A stretch of DNA of 59,201 bases, the filler included, from Platydemus manokwari (lineage: Eukaryota): NCBI GenBank assembly GCA_037951405.1. It is 5 parts of 5 records of this genome, joined end to end, with 100 filler letters (N's around TTAATTAATTAA, not from the genome) between each part and the next. Parts side by side here need not be neighbours in the genome. Positions count along the whole stretch, not along the records: positions 9,393 to 19,903 come from JBBMOY011127996.1; positions 20,004 to 36,323 come from JBBMOY011189211.1; 3 more parts are not named here. One strand, 5' to 3'. Under the pieces are notes generated by a model that made no database searches, was not told where the DNA came from, and saw nothing but the letters and a program-made list of their open reading frames with translations. A program made the position numbers and the translations under genes. This document shows positions 17,801-31,900 of this stretch, piece by piece (positions within the stretch are counted from its first letter, which is position 1; every line of letters begins with the position of its first letter).

Positions 17801-19903
17801 AAAACACAATGTATTTGTAGATATTAATAAGTTACCAGTTTATAATGTTTTAGTATTTCTGTCCAAATTAAACAAATTAGATATTTTAGGATAGGATAGT
17901 TTTATTTAAATGAGTTTTCAGATAAAGTTACTGTATGTCACATTATATCTCAATTTCAATGAATTAATATCATCGCAGCTATTATTTTGTTAAGCTTGCT
18001 TACGTCATGGGAAAGTTTAGCTCACAAAATTGTCATCGTTAAATTTTTTATATTTTTTAATAATAAAATTTCAACATTTTCATCGTTATTTAATTACATT
18101 TTACGATATTTTTAATATTTTTTTTATTAATCTCTCAAACAAATTTTTCCTATGCTCCTTGTTCTGGGCAAACTATAGAATATTGTCATGAAAAAAATAT
18201 TGTTAATTTAAATTAGAATAATATCACATGAAAAAACCAAAGAAATTTCTTATATAACCTAAAAGGGAATAGCTTAGCATTTACGAAATAAAAATATGAA
18301 ATAAGTAACCTCAGAAACTGTTAAAAAATTCCGTGAAAGTATTTTCTTAAAAACTTTAAAATCATATAATATCGATAATATTTTTCGTTAACCATCTTTA
18401 ATATGACCAGTCAAATTGTGGGGATAACTATCTGGAGTTCCGTTGATTTAGCTTATTTTAACTGTCAAAGTAATTGCATGAGTTTTAATAAATTTTGTAT
18501 TCACGAGACAAACTAAAAACCAAATAAAATATTCTATGCATTTGAATATATTTGTAAGATTACTGGAAGATTTTTTATGGAGATATGAAGAAAAATTTGC
18601 TTTTATTTATTATATAATGCATGATAACTTGAAATGAAATGATGAATGAACATTGTTGGATATTTAACTAATAGTGATATATGGGATTATGGAAAGCCAA
18701 ATAACGATAATAATTGTGATGATTGTGCAGTAATTATAAACAAACAGGTTGTCGATTCAGCATGAATGTTTTGTAAGCGTTTACTTTAACGGTGACATGT
18801 CGATTCAACGAAATTTATAAAAAGTTATATGAATATTTACAATAATGACAATAATGATTGCTACGAAAACACGATTTGAAACATTAAACTGCATTGTAGT
18901 CTTGTAAATATTTTCTATTAGTAATAATTTTAAGATATCTTCAAATTTTTCTATTATGGAACGATTATGAATAAGTTTGCTAATTAAGAATCTTTAAAGT
19001 ACTATACTGAGTCTATTAGGGAATAAATTTGGCATGGTTATCATATGCGATCTTAATATTTTCTGAATAATTTGTTGTTTACTTATTATCGAATGCTAGA
19101 GATTTAAGTGGATCATGACTATTTTTATTTTAGTTTCATTATCTATATTATTTGTTCCTTTGTGCAAATTTTAATGTGTTCGTTTTATAATTCGAATAAT
19201 TGTGATTTTATTCTAAAATTTCTGAAACCTCTATCAAATTATTTTATCATTGACTTCTTGAGAACGGTTATATTATATTCATTTTAAATTTATGCCAAAT
19301 TATTAATAAATTCCTGGTTTCAATTCTTTTGTAATCTTTGTTATCTTAAGATGATGACAGATTAGTCTTACAAACTATCTTTACTTGAGAGTCATTATGA
19401 ATTTTATGGCACTTTTAAATAATAAGGCAGTCAATACTCAATCACACTAGATTTTATCAAATAAAAATTTTTTGTTGAGTTTGAGACATGGATGTTTTAA
19501 TTTAAATTAATCAAAACTTACACTAGGAAATTTTCCAAAGTGAAATTGATAGGATTTGTCATAAATAGATTACTTGATATTTTAGTTATATTCGTTTTTA
19601 ACTTAAAATGTATTTAATTCATGAATCAAGACAAAATTTCTTCGACTCGAATAGTCTGAGGATTAATGACTTTAGAGATAAAATATTGGATATTGATTTT
19701 GAAAATTAAATATTTATTTTAAAAATTAATTATTAAATTTTAATTTTTAAAAGAATTTAAAAATTATAAAATATTTATATCTGGTAATATTTTAATTTAT
19801 AATTTTGCGGGGATTTATAATTTCAAATTTAATGAACATGGATATTATATTTGAATATCTTTAACTGAGTAAAAAATTTGTTTAAATAATGTGTTTACTG
19901 AAT

Positions 19904-20003
19904 NNNNNNNNNNNNNNNNNNNNNNNNNNNNNNNNNNNNNNNNNNNNTTAATTAATTAANNNNNNNNNNNNNNNNNNNNNNNNNNNNNNNNNNNNNNNNN
20001 NNN
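19904..20003. other. Assembly gap with artificial six-frame-stop linker
   Basis: 44 N + TTAATTAATTAA + 44 N. Confidence 0.98.
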
Positions 20004-20021
20004 TATCAAATTGAATTTGAA

Positions 20022-20092
20022 TTTATATTGAATTTAGTTTGATATTAAATTTTATTTGATATTGAATTTTATTTGATATTAAATTTTATTTA
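20022..20092. repeat. 17-bp minisatellite near the contig edge
   Basis: About 4 copies of TGATATTRAATTTTATT next to the gap. Confidence 0.75.
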
Positions 20093-23000
20093 TTTTATTT
20101 AAATAATTGTCTTTGAATAGAATTGAATGTCGAGTCTTTTCAGTTAGTTTTCGATGCGTTTTTTATAAGATAGTAGCGGCTTACAGGCATGTTTCATGTA
20201 GTTTTAATAATAATTAAACAAAAATAAGAATAAATTATTAGAAAAGATAGCAATTGGGTGCGAATCCACACTAAGTGGCTTACACCAATAAATGAACTAT
20301 AAAAGAATAAACGTAAAATTTAGTTTTTGGTGTTTAAACCAAAAGCACAAAGAATATAAGATTCATGCTTATTGAATCTTTAGAACTATACCATGCTCAC
20401 CAACTCAGATATAAAGGTTTATATTACAAAGATGTCAATCGTACGATACTGTAGTAATAGTAGTATAGCGTAATGGGTTGTAAGTAAGATACAGTAGAAT
20501 CATACAAATGATCAGAAGATAACTCTGAGCCGATAGATTTTAAAAGAAAAGTGGAACTTTACAAACTTTACTGAAAGTTTGTAACTATCAAAGAAGGGAT
20601 GTGATATAACTATTATAATGATAAATGATTAGATTCAAAGTCAATAAAGTTATATGAAATTCTTACCCTATAGACTGTTTGAAATAAAATATAAATATAT
20701 TCAAATGATAAATATAAAGGGTTATTCATTGAATACAGTGTTCCTTCAATATCAAACAATATTTATAAAAAAGTTTACTCAGAATATAAAAATATGGTAA
20801 AATTCCAAATAGGCTTGACGAGGAATGACATAAACACTCAAAAACATAGACAGGTGCTGGGATAAATCACCCAGGCATTATTAGACATTTTGCTTTTTCA
20901 TGTGGAACTTAGAGATAAATATTTGAATACAATTTTATTCCAATTAATAAATGTTCGTCCAATTCGACCGAATATATTAATATAAAGCCAATAAAATTTT
21001 TCCGCTAAGCCTTATGTAGTTAAACGAAATGTGTTAGTTTCAAATTTTTAAATAATTCTGATAATTTTTTCAAAATTCATTTGGTTCACACTCTGCTAAT
21101 ATTTTCCTTATTATTTCCATACAACAAATAATATAAACAAATACATGTCATCAATCGATTGGGTTTATTCCACACTATTTACCGATATCTATATAAGATT
21201 TTTTGTCTCATTCTTCGCATTAGATTGAAAATCATTGTTTTAAATTTTAATTCTCAAAAACTTTATGTTTTAAATAATTTTGTAACACATTTGATAAAAA
21301 TTCCATTACATTTCATTTCATAGTGAGTGACAAGAATAATTATCGCTGTTTAATTGCTTCAATATAGTAAACGAAAGTACGATAAAAGTATATTTTTGCT
21401 GTCTCCAGCTATTAAATAAAATCGATCGATACGAAGCAATCATAAATTTCGTTATTGTAAATGCTAGCATTTTACTGCTCATAAATTGTCAATAGTAGTT
21501 AATTTTGTTTATCGCAATGTAATATTATTATGGACATGAAAGGAAATATTCAAAGTGGGATTTATATAGTAGGAAATCTAGTAAGCTAAACTAATAGCAA
21601 ACAAAAATCCATAGATTGGGATTAGTGCAAACAAATTGAAATTAAAATTAAATACGTAAAATCTATGTTGGAGAAATATGCGATATTTGATTCTATGCAA
21701 ATAAATTTGATATTTGACTTTAATGTTTATATTCACATTGATCTCGCGAGTACCACATGAGGTTGTTGGTAGCCATGAATTAGAATACACAGATGAGAGA
21801 TTTATGAAGGAATCGACTTATTGACTGGCATTGTCAACTGCTTTATCAGAGAACTCTCGTGCAAATGATATACTATATTAAAATAAAATTTTTGTAATAA
21901 TAATAATAATTATTATTATTATTATAATTCAGAAAATAATAATTCAGAGAACAAATAACAAAAATTAGTTTCCTCAATAAAAGAGAACAACAAACGATTA
22001 GCAGTTTAATTTGCCAAATATGCGTTAAATATTCCTGTGTTCAGTAAGCCATTGAATGAAACTTGTCAGAGCTCGGCATAATTATAATCTCTGATGGAAG
22101 AAATAAGAAATTATTTATTCTTGAAAAACGAGAAAAATCAATAAACAAAAAATCCATTCAATAAGTAGTATCGTGACAGTTGCGTAGAAACGGATTGTTA
22201 TCATTAATTTTCATTTTTTCAAATTGAAATTCTATATGATGTTAATTGATTTGTTCTAATGAAAAAATATTTGGTGCGATTTAATTGTGAGATAAAATGT
22301 CATATGTTTGTATGGTAACAGAAACTAGAATGGTTGGAAGTGTTTTGTATTGGTTTGTGTGGCATGGGCTGCTATTCAGTTTTTGAGAACAATGTTCTGC
22401 TAATTTTAGAAATTCATTGCCATTTAGTTTTGCTGAATTAAGATAATAGATTGAGATATTATTATTTTTTTAATTTATTATTACTACAAATTACGGTAGG
22501 AATTAATATTATTATTAATATTTTTATTTTTTGTATTATTTCGGTCATTAGAAATATTATTATTAAAAAATTAATGTTTTTTTAAGATTATTATTAATAT
22601 CATATTATATTATATCATAATCCCATATTCTACCTGGCACACTTTTTGAAAGCAACGGAGTCTATATTTGTCATATTTCATAGTAATACAAGTCACTTTG
22701 CCTAGTTACTCTGTTAAAATAAACGGCAAAAAATAAGATATAATTCCATAATTAAATTGATTTTATTCCTGATAGATTAAACACTTCAACTTATCCGGTA
22801 CAATAATCTATGGAATAAATTATATCTTTAAAGTTTATACTTAACTCGCAAAATCAACGCTAACTGATATTCAACACCGGCAATCATTTAAATCCACCAT
22901 TCTGCCGCTAGCTTCTTGCATTTTACCTTTCTTTACACACTTGTTTGAGATTGCCACGCCTTGGTTTGTGTGCTGATGTGTGTTGTTTATCAGTGGAGTC

Positions 23001-23869
23001 TAGTAATATTTTTCCTACCTGAATTTTCATAAGTTTTTCAAAATAAACAATATTGTTGTTTAATATTGTTTACTTTAATCACCATTTAAACTTGCCTTTG
23101 GTAATTTTTCAAGAATAGGTAAAATTATTTTATTTATGTAGAATTTTATTGATATACCTGACTATTTTTGTTGTGTTACTGATCCAATTATGTATATTTT
23201 TACTTAGTTAGCATATATTCCGCTGGATATGAAGATTAATTTACTGATTTTATGGTATCCTTAGATTTTCAATGAGTGGTTTCAGGATTGAGCTTAATAT
23301 TTTAATTAATGAATTTTTTGCTTTATATTCAAGTTACCGTTTTAATTTTTCACCAATATTGATTTCTTATCATTTCATTAATAATAATAATGTAATTATA
23401 AAATAATTAATTTTATTGTAGTTGTAATTGTCTCGAGGACTGTGGTGATCAAATTGGAATCACATAGGATTATCACACATCAAAGTGAGTTAGCGAATCA
23501 ATAAACATCCGATTCAATCATCTTTATTGAGCTGAGATCACTGCGAAATTAGTCGAAAATCGAACTTCTTTTATAGCATTCCACTTTCAAATTTTGCTTT
23601 CAATCCTTTCAGTTATTTCAAATCTTTAAATTGAAAAAGCAATTGATTTGAGATCGATTTATCAACCGTTTAAAACCTTTTCCCACAGTTTTCTGCTTTA
23701 TAAAAATCTTTACTAGAAACGCGCGCTATTGACATGATTGATATTGAATGGATGCACACTGATATAAGAATCAATAATCGAACGAATCTTAATTTTTAAA
23801 TTTAATACAGTTATTGCAATACAATGAATGCCGTTTCTAAATATTCAATGAATTCCTGTAGATTTTACT

Positions 23870-23895
23870 TTGGGATTCCCAGCGGGACACCTAGT
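23870..23895 (+). mobile_element. Possible Helitron 3' terminus
   Basis: GC-rich short hairpin (TCCCAGCGGGA) followed closely by CTAG|T in an AT-rich background. The 5' end was not identified. Confidence 0.3.
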
Positions 23896-26800
23896 AGATA
23901 TTGCAGACCTATAATTGTTTCTCTTTAACAAAATGACTGAATTTAGCACCACATATGTGGGTGTGAAAATGAGTGCATTTGAGAACATATTATTAAAATT
24001 AAGATATCGATATGATATTTAATATCCAATTATATTGTTAAGAAAGAAAGAAAAAGACTTTGAAATAAAAACAAAATTATTTGAAAAACGTTTGAAAAAA
24101 TAATGAAATTCATCAAGCAAACATAAAATCAGATAAAAAAATCTAATTTGATAAAAATCATTGTTAGGAAAACTAAGGTATTTTTTTAAAAAAATTATTT
24201 ACAAAGAGAAAAATTTGCTAATTATTTTTTCCCGACTAATTTACAGAATAAGGTCTAATTTTTCGCGGAATCAACAGATTTAGTTGTTGTTAATTATAAA
24301 GATTTTCTTGAATATTAACTCGAAATCTGTATATATTTGGAAATTTTTTTTTATTTCGGTTAAAATTTGTTATTTTAGACAAACAATTACCATGGAAGAA
24401 TTGGAACGATTGTCTCTATTTGCAATGTTTTTTAATGATTACGTCAGAATAAATCAAATGGTGTCATAATAATCATTAGAAAATCATAGACAGGAAATTC
24501 TTTTATCAAATAAATTACGTTGATAAGCTTCAATTGGAGCAAGTAAAATTGTGTTATCCAATACCTACAACAGACGCTATGTTTAAATCACAGTATGTAT
24601 GTGATGCATATACTAGAGCACAACCAAAATTCAACAGCTACTACCGCCGTATCCATTAAAGTATATCCTCCCATATATCTTTAAACCGAAATTTACGACG
24701 GCTTTTAATTCATCCAAAATCCTATAGGAATCTTCGGATTGATAATTTAATTCGATTCGAACCCATGTCCATTTTGAATACACTTACATTTGCTCTAATT
24801 TCATTTCGTTTTTGTATTAGCATTTATCTCATAATGCTGTCAACGCAATTGGCGATTAACGTGCAATTAGAATCAAAATTAAAGCAGAAATCAATAAAAT
24901 AAATTTTGGAAACCAAGTTCATTTTTTATACATTTTTGACTGCTTTGCTTGTTGGAGAGAATTTGTCAAACTGATAACGCAACCCGTTTAACCCATTAAT
25001 TACATTTATTGGCTATAAAAATCAATACAACTACGTGTACATTTTCTGTCTCTGATGTCTAATTCAAATAACATTACAATCACAAAAAATACAAACTCAA
25101 ATCCATATTTTTCTTGTAATATAGGTTCAATATAATACGTTATTTTTCAATCAGATAAAACGATATATTAAATCAAACCGTAAATAAATTTCACTACAGC
25201 GATTTTTTTAAACAAAACAAAAATATCAACTGTCACAAATCTAGTAATAAATTCTCATTTGTTGATATCTTTTTCACTAAACTACCGTTGAGACATATAT
25301 TTCCTACAACACCACCTAATAACAAAACGAAATGTTTTTTAAAAATTCTATTTCAGGTCCATTGGAATCGCATAACGTTATCAGAATATCACAGAATATA
25401 ATATCGTGGGTATTTATTTAATAGAATTAATCAATAACTAAAATCATCTACAAAACGGAAATTAATTCCATTGTATCATTGGTTTATTTTAGCAATAACG
25501 GTTCTGGATTACTGGATTAAAAGGTCAGAGCAAATGCAATTATAGAATTATTCCATTAGGTTTCATTTCGCAATATAATTCGAAAATGTATGTGCACACA
25601 TACATACATATATATAAGCTACAAATAGTTACTTATTCTTATTTAAAATAGTCCTCAATTCAGCTTAATTATTAACATTTTTTGCATAGAATAAAGTGAT
25701 TGTTGTGATTTAAAATCGATCGTGTAGAAAACACTTGATAATAAACACTTAATTATTTAGATCAATAAATTGTTTATATTGGAATCATAATAAAAATCAT
25801 AATATTAATTATAATTATGAGGATATACGAACATTAAATTTACAGCAAGTTCCTACAATCAAATGGTAAGTGATAGAGTGATTGTAAGTATGTTGGCTGT
25901 GGATTCAAATGAACCAATGAGTGAATTATTAAATGGTGAATTATCAGTGATATCGCTCCAAAATCGATCTGTGTATGTTCTGTGTTGGAATTGCCATTAG
26001 TACAATCAGCATATCATCATAATCTTCTCAATAGTAATACACGTGATAACAATAAATAATCGTCAACATATTTTTAATTAAAATTTAATATATTGATTTT
26101 TATAAATATTGATTGTTCAAAATGATAAATATTTTAATTATTAAAAAGATCTTTTCAGATGAAATCTTTAATGTATTATTTAATGAAGCAGGGACTAACA
26201 ATAGTAATAATTATTATTAATAAATAATATCAATTGAACTTCTAAAATTCACATTGAACACAGCGATAATTTCTGGAATGATTTGATTTCTTCAATAAAA
26301 TAAAAAAAATTTCTTTTCTAACACATTTACATTTTTGAAAAATAACGATTAACCAAAACCCATCAAATTCAGTATCCATTTTTCAATTTCGTTCAGTATT
26401 AATGAATTGGTATGGTAAAAATAAACTCGCACTAGCTAAGGCCATATAATTTTCAGACTGTAGTCTCTTCAAATTTTTTTTCAAGTTTCATTCATCGGTT
26501 AGTGAATTAAGTTTATTTATTCATGAATATTGTAGTTCTCGGAATGTTCCCATGTGAATTGGGTACACGATCAGCAGAAAGGTCAGTTAACAATTTTTTT
26601 ATTGTTGATTATCTGAGGGAAGAATAAAATTATCTGTTTAAGGACTATTTTTATACTAAGATCACTTTTTCCCAATAATTTATGATTATGTAATATCGAT
26701 TTGTTAACTGATATCTCTTTGGAATTATTTTCATTATTTATTTATTAAATTATTATTGATATCGAAGATAATTTAAACTTCAAGACATTAGTAAATACTA

Positions 26801-28948
26801 TTTACATATTATATATATTTAAAACTTTCGATACAATCGATAATGTGGATGTGTTTTATACCAATAATTGAGCTTCAATACTTTTTATTGGACAAAAAAA
26901 TCGTAAGAGAAAGTGTTTCATTAATTGTTAGTGATCAATGAACTTTAAAAAGCTATTAAAAGAACACGATATACAGCATTTTTTTCCAATAATTTCCATT
27001 AGCCCCAAACAAACAAAATATAATCGGCGCTTAAAACTATATTTCCTATTAAATTTTTCCGATGTATTTTAAAAGCTTTTCGTTGCCTAAACAAATTTAT
27101 GTGGAATTTCATTCTCGATAGCGGCACCAAAATTTTTATAATTATGACATACATATGTCATTGAACTGTGATATTATATTTCAAGGCAAATTATTTTTCG
27201 CTTCTAAACATCGTAAAAAATTGATGCGATATCAATAAATTGCTAATAGCCATTTGTCTGTTTTTAGAAATTTCCACAAAATATAAATAATCAAAATTAT
27301 CCGTCTCTATTTTTTCAATAATCATTTTCGACATGAAAACCGCTTCGTTAGATTTTTCAATAACTCAAGCATGTCACGAATTTAAATTTTATATTGGGAG
27401 ATCATCTTTGAAAATCCTTTGGTATTAATGATAACACATTTACAATAATCGGAAACTCCCTATTTACAGTTTATAAGCGAATTAAGAATAAAACAAAATT
27501 ATTTTCACACTCCATAATTTCAAATTTTTCCGGTGATAAATTCTATTTTCAAAACATAATTTCAAGTCCTATCATTCATAAATTGTCACTGATAATAAAA
27601 GTAGACAAAGTATTTATTTTGGACCCAATTAGAAAAAATATGAAAAACAATTTTGATAAAATTAATCGACTTGATTTGCCAAGCAGTTTACAGAAATTAA
27701 AAAAATTGAATACCAGTTAAATAAATATTTAAATACGACTTTATCAATTATTAGAATTTATATGATCAAATCATCAAAATAAGGAAAGCCATTTGAAGTT
27801 TATATTTATTTATTTATTTCCCAATTTAAACTCATCACTTTTTCATCGAAAGTGAAAATGCCTGCAAAGAAAATTCGATGCAATCTAAAAAAAAATGCTA
27901 CACAGCTGAACTATTTCTTATTGTTAATAATTTCTTTCTGATAACTCTCTATCTCGTCCCATAGTAACATGAAAAATCAGAAGGAAAAACAATTTTGCTA
28001 ACTATATAATAAAAACACTAACAATAATAACATCTAAATAACAACATAAATTAAAAAACCTGTTACATACCTATATTGATTATATCTCAGATCAAACGAG
28101 TGTACTGTTTTATAATAAGCAAGAACAATCTTTCACATTTTATAAATCAGCCCAAATTTTTTTTCATACCATAAATCTGCTACAAACTCTAAGCTAAATT
28201 AGCGTATTTTAGAAAAAACAAAACAAAACAATATCACAATTCACACTAAAACATACATAATAGCACAAAACACTTGAAGAACACCATCAACAAGACATTC
28301 CAAACACATTTTAGTCAAATGGAATCTCTGAAAACAATTTTCCTGTTCTGTTGACGAATAAATCTTACTAGTTGTAATAAGAATAAGAATAATAACAAAA
28401 CCACTCAACCATTGAAATATCCATAAATATGTTATATATGTGTATAAATTTATATATATATATATAAATAAATAAATATATATATCTCAACACAACAATG
28501 AAAACTGACTAGATTCAAGTGAACAGAAGTCAAATATAAGAAAGTGAAATATGCATACACATATCCCAGATATAGCATATATATATATATCAAATATCAC
28601 CAATTAGAATAAATTTTTCGTGAGGCACTAACAAGGCTGGATTGTAATTGTTTTGCCGTTTATTTCAATATATTTAATGAGACAACATGATAATATATAT
28701 TATCATATAAATGCATTCGAGAATAAACTAGAAATAATTTCACAAATTAAAATAACAAATTACACACTAAACATTGACAGCAACGGATAAAAGGTTGCTG
28801 GAAATATTAAACAAATCTCAAATAACTATATAAAGCTATTAATATTAATAATAATATTATTAAAATTATTATTATTATTATTGTTTTATATGCTATAATT
28901 GTTACTATTAAAGGTTCTGTGTTCAAATTGAAATGTTTCGACAGAGTT

Positions 28949-31900
28949 TTAATCGACTAGCAACTCAAATTTGAGTTGATCACCTTGAAATTTTGTATTT
29001 TTGAATTGACATCTCACCATGATAACCATGTTTCGCATTGGTGTTTCGAATTGAACAGCCACAATTGGAGACAAATATCCAGGTTGGCCAAGGTATGGAT
29101 AGAAATTATGATCAAAAAAGCCTCCAGATCTAATAATATTGATGACAATATGATAACAAAGATAATATAAACAGCAATTTTTATAATAAATCAAATCTAT
29201 ATTTGATTAAATAAAAATATGATGCACACATCAAATGTAAAATGTATTCAACATAAATCCCGTCTTTCCTCAATCAAATCGAAATTAACACATTGACGAA
29301 CAGTAGGAACAAACGAAGTTCGAAATTGACAGTGATAGTCGCAAATGTCCGTCAACGTGTTAAAAATAATCCGATAAATAATGTGAATTTTAAATTTTTA
29401 AATTAAGATTTGATTGTCAAATAAAGAACTTGTTTGAAAAGAAAAATAGCCACATAAATGTACTCCAGAGTCTTCAATGTAAGAGAATTTAGAAATAATA
29501 CCTTTAACGATAATTCCAATTCTCTCAAATGCTTCTGTAGGAGATTTCAAAATTGGACATTTTTATGTATTATTAATGTATATTCCTGTGCAATTGATCG
29601 ATTCTTAAAGCTTACTTGCACGAAACAAATATGATTTGAATTTGATAAGAGAAATTCAACTATCTTAAATTGGTTACATATATTATGTAATAGGAAAATA
29701 AGATTTCTAATCATTATATGAAGATATTGTTTAAACACTTAGCGTTTTCATTAATAGCTCCTGATGATAGAGAGAAAACATTGAATAGAAATTAGTAAAT
29801 TCACTTTTTACTCTCACGTTTTTAGCTTAAAAAAAGCAAAAATTGAAAACATATAAACATAACATAAACCAAAGGATATACGTAAGTATATATCATGTAG
29901 ATCTTATTAAGTACTATTAAAAATGCTTTTTATCTGATTTAATAAATGTTTATTTAGGCTGTTTTTACTAGTTAAGGGATATATCATTGGTTTTAGCTTT
30001 TTATCTACTACATTAAAACAGAACCTACCGTATAACTATAGTATATCATCAATGTGGAAATTAAACCAACAGATAACCTAACCGTACTTACAATCGAACA
30101 AACAATCAAGACCTAATTGTATGTGACTATTTAATTTAATCAATCTAAATTTAAATCATGTATATAAGTGAAAACGATGAAATTCCTCAATCAATGAATG
30201 CTCCAATTTACGGAAGTACAAAAAGAAATCTCCGATATTTCAGTCATTCTATTCTGCAATGACACTCCAGATCTAAAATATCTTTAAAAATCCTTGAAAA
30301 TAAACGCTATTCTTGTTTTAGTTTCAATTTTAGTAAACACATTCTAAGAACAATTGACATGAGAATTTTTAAATGAAAGAAATCCGTTTCCATGGGAATA
30401 TTATATAGGAAATGCATGAAATACATAGCTACATAACATAAACAAATTTCTACTGAGGTTTAGAAAATTGTTAATAAAAAAAATCAAAACTAAGTCGATA
30501 ATGTAAGTTGTTAGTTCATTTTTCTCTCTTTGATAGCATATTTGGAAACGATGGAATGATAATTGTCTCGAAAAATGGCAAAACCAAATAACTACCCATT
30601 AATATTTAGAAAGTTAAAAATAGTAAATATTCAAAACGTATAAATGAAGTCAATAAATACCAAAACAATGACTTAACAATAGGCTTGTCTAATGAAAAAC
30701 AAAAAAATTGAAAACTCAACTAATGAAAATGGTGTTTCATCTGAAAGTAATTTGACTCCAACCCAGGAAGTTAGATTTAAACGAGATAATTATGTTTTCT
30801 GTTTATATGTATTCATTATTTATTGTAAACCTAATTAATTTTCCATACAATAGCACTATTTATTTGTGACCAATTTTGTTTTCTATTATTCAATTAATGA
30901 TATAATAAAATATCATCTATCTCATACAGAATCAAGCTATCAAATGATTCATGATGAATATTGATTGGATCGCTTATATTCATTGATTAAGATTATCTTT
31001 CAGATGAAGGTGTTCGACAATTATTAATAAATAATTCTGAAATTTATATTATTCTAGAAATCGATTTGTTTTAGAAAAAATTTTAGAAAATCTACAAATC
31101 GAAACTTCATCACAATTCACTGATATGAACTTTTTATGTTAAACTAATCCAAATTATGATGATTACCTTATATAATTACCAAACATTTGACATCCTATCT
31201 TAAGCAATTATCAACCAATTACCTTTGTAAGAGTTACTGAATGTTTAAGATTGCATTCTTTAACGAGAGAATTTTTAGACAAACTAATGCGTGATCTTTT
31301 ACTATGATCCAATTCAACACCATCAGCTGACAAATTTAAACCAAATTCTACTAATAGTTATGATCTATTTTGAAACCCTATTTCACTATCATCATTCAGA
31401 CAACTAATATTTCATGATATTATACGCGAGGCCTGATATATATATAGGAGCCAGCAAAAAAATTTAGTTTTTATTAGTAAGAAAATATCTGAAGATCAAA
31501 ATTAAAATTTTCCAGGTAGGTCTTTCTTATGTAAATTTTCTAAAGTAGATATCATTAATAAGATTGGAAATGTCAAGATTTAAATTTAAATCAATCGATT
31601 AGAGTTGGTTATTTGATGTATCCTGAAAAATGAAGGCAAAGCAATGTGACATAAATTTCTTCGTTGGAACTTTAACATGAAACACTTTTTCGGGTACCGA
31701 AATCCATCACTTTCTTGTTGAAAGTTGGAGGGCAGAAAACGTCGTCAGCCTTCAAAGAGCACAGCAGATTACCAAAGAGTTTGCAAAAGAACAGCAAATA
31801 TTGTTTGAGCGAAAAGAAAGTTCAGGAAGACCAAGAACGAGAGCTGCAGAAGGGAATGTCATTATTGTGCTTAAAATGATTGAAGATTGCCATTTAAGCT

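Noticed and set aside
20250-20420. tRNA/SINE-like A- and B-box words on the minus strand
   Set aside because: Degenerate, with long spacing and no cloverleaf.
21895-21930. (AAT)n(ATT)n hairpin
   Set aside because: Common low-complexity microsatellite arrangement in AT-rich genomes.
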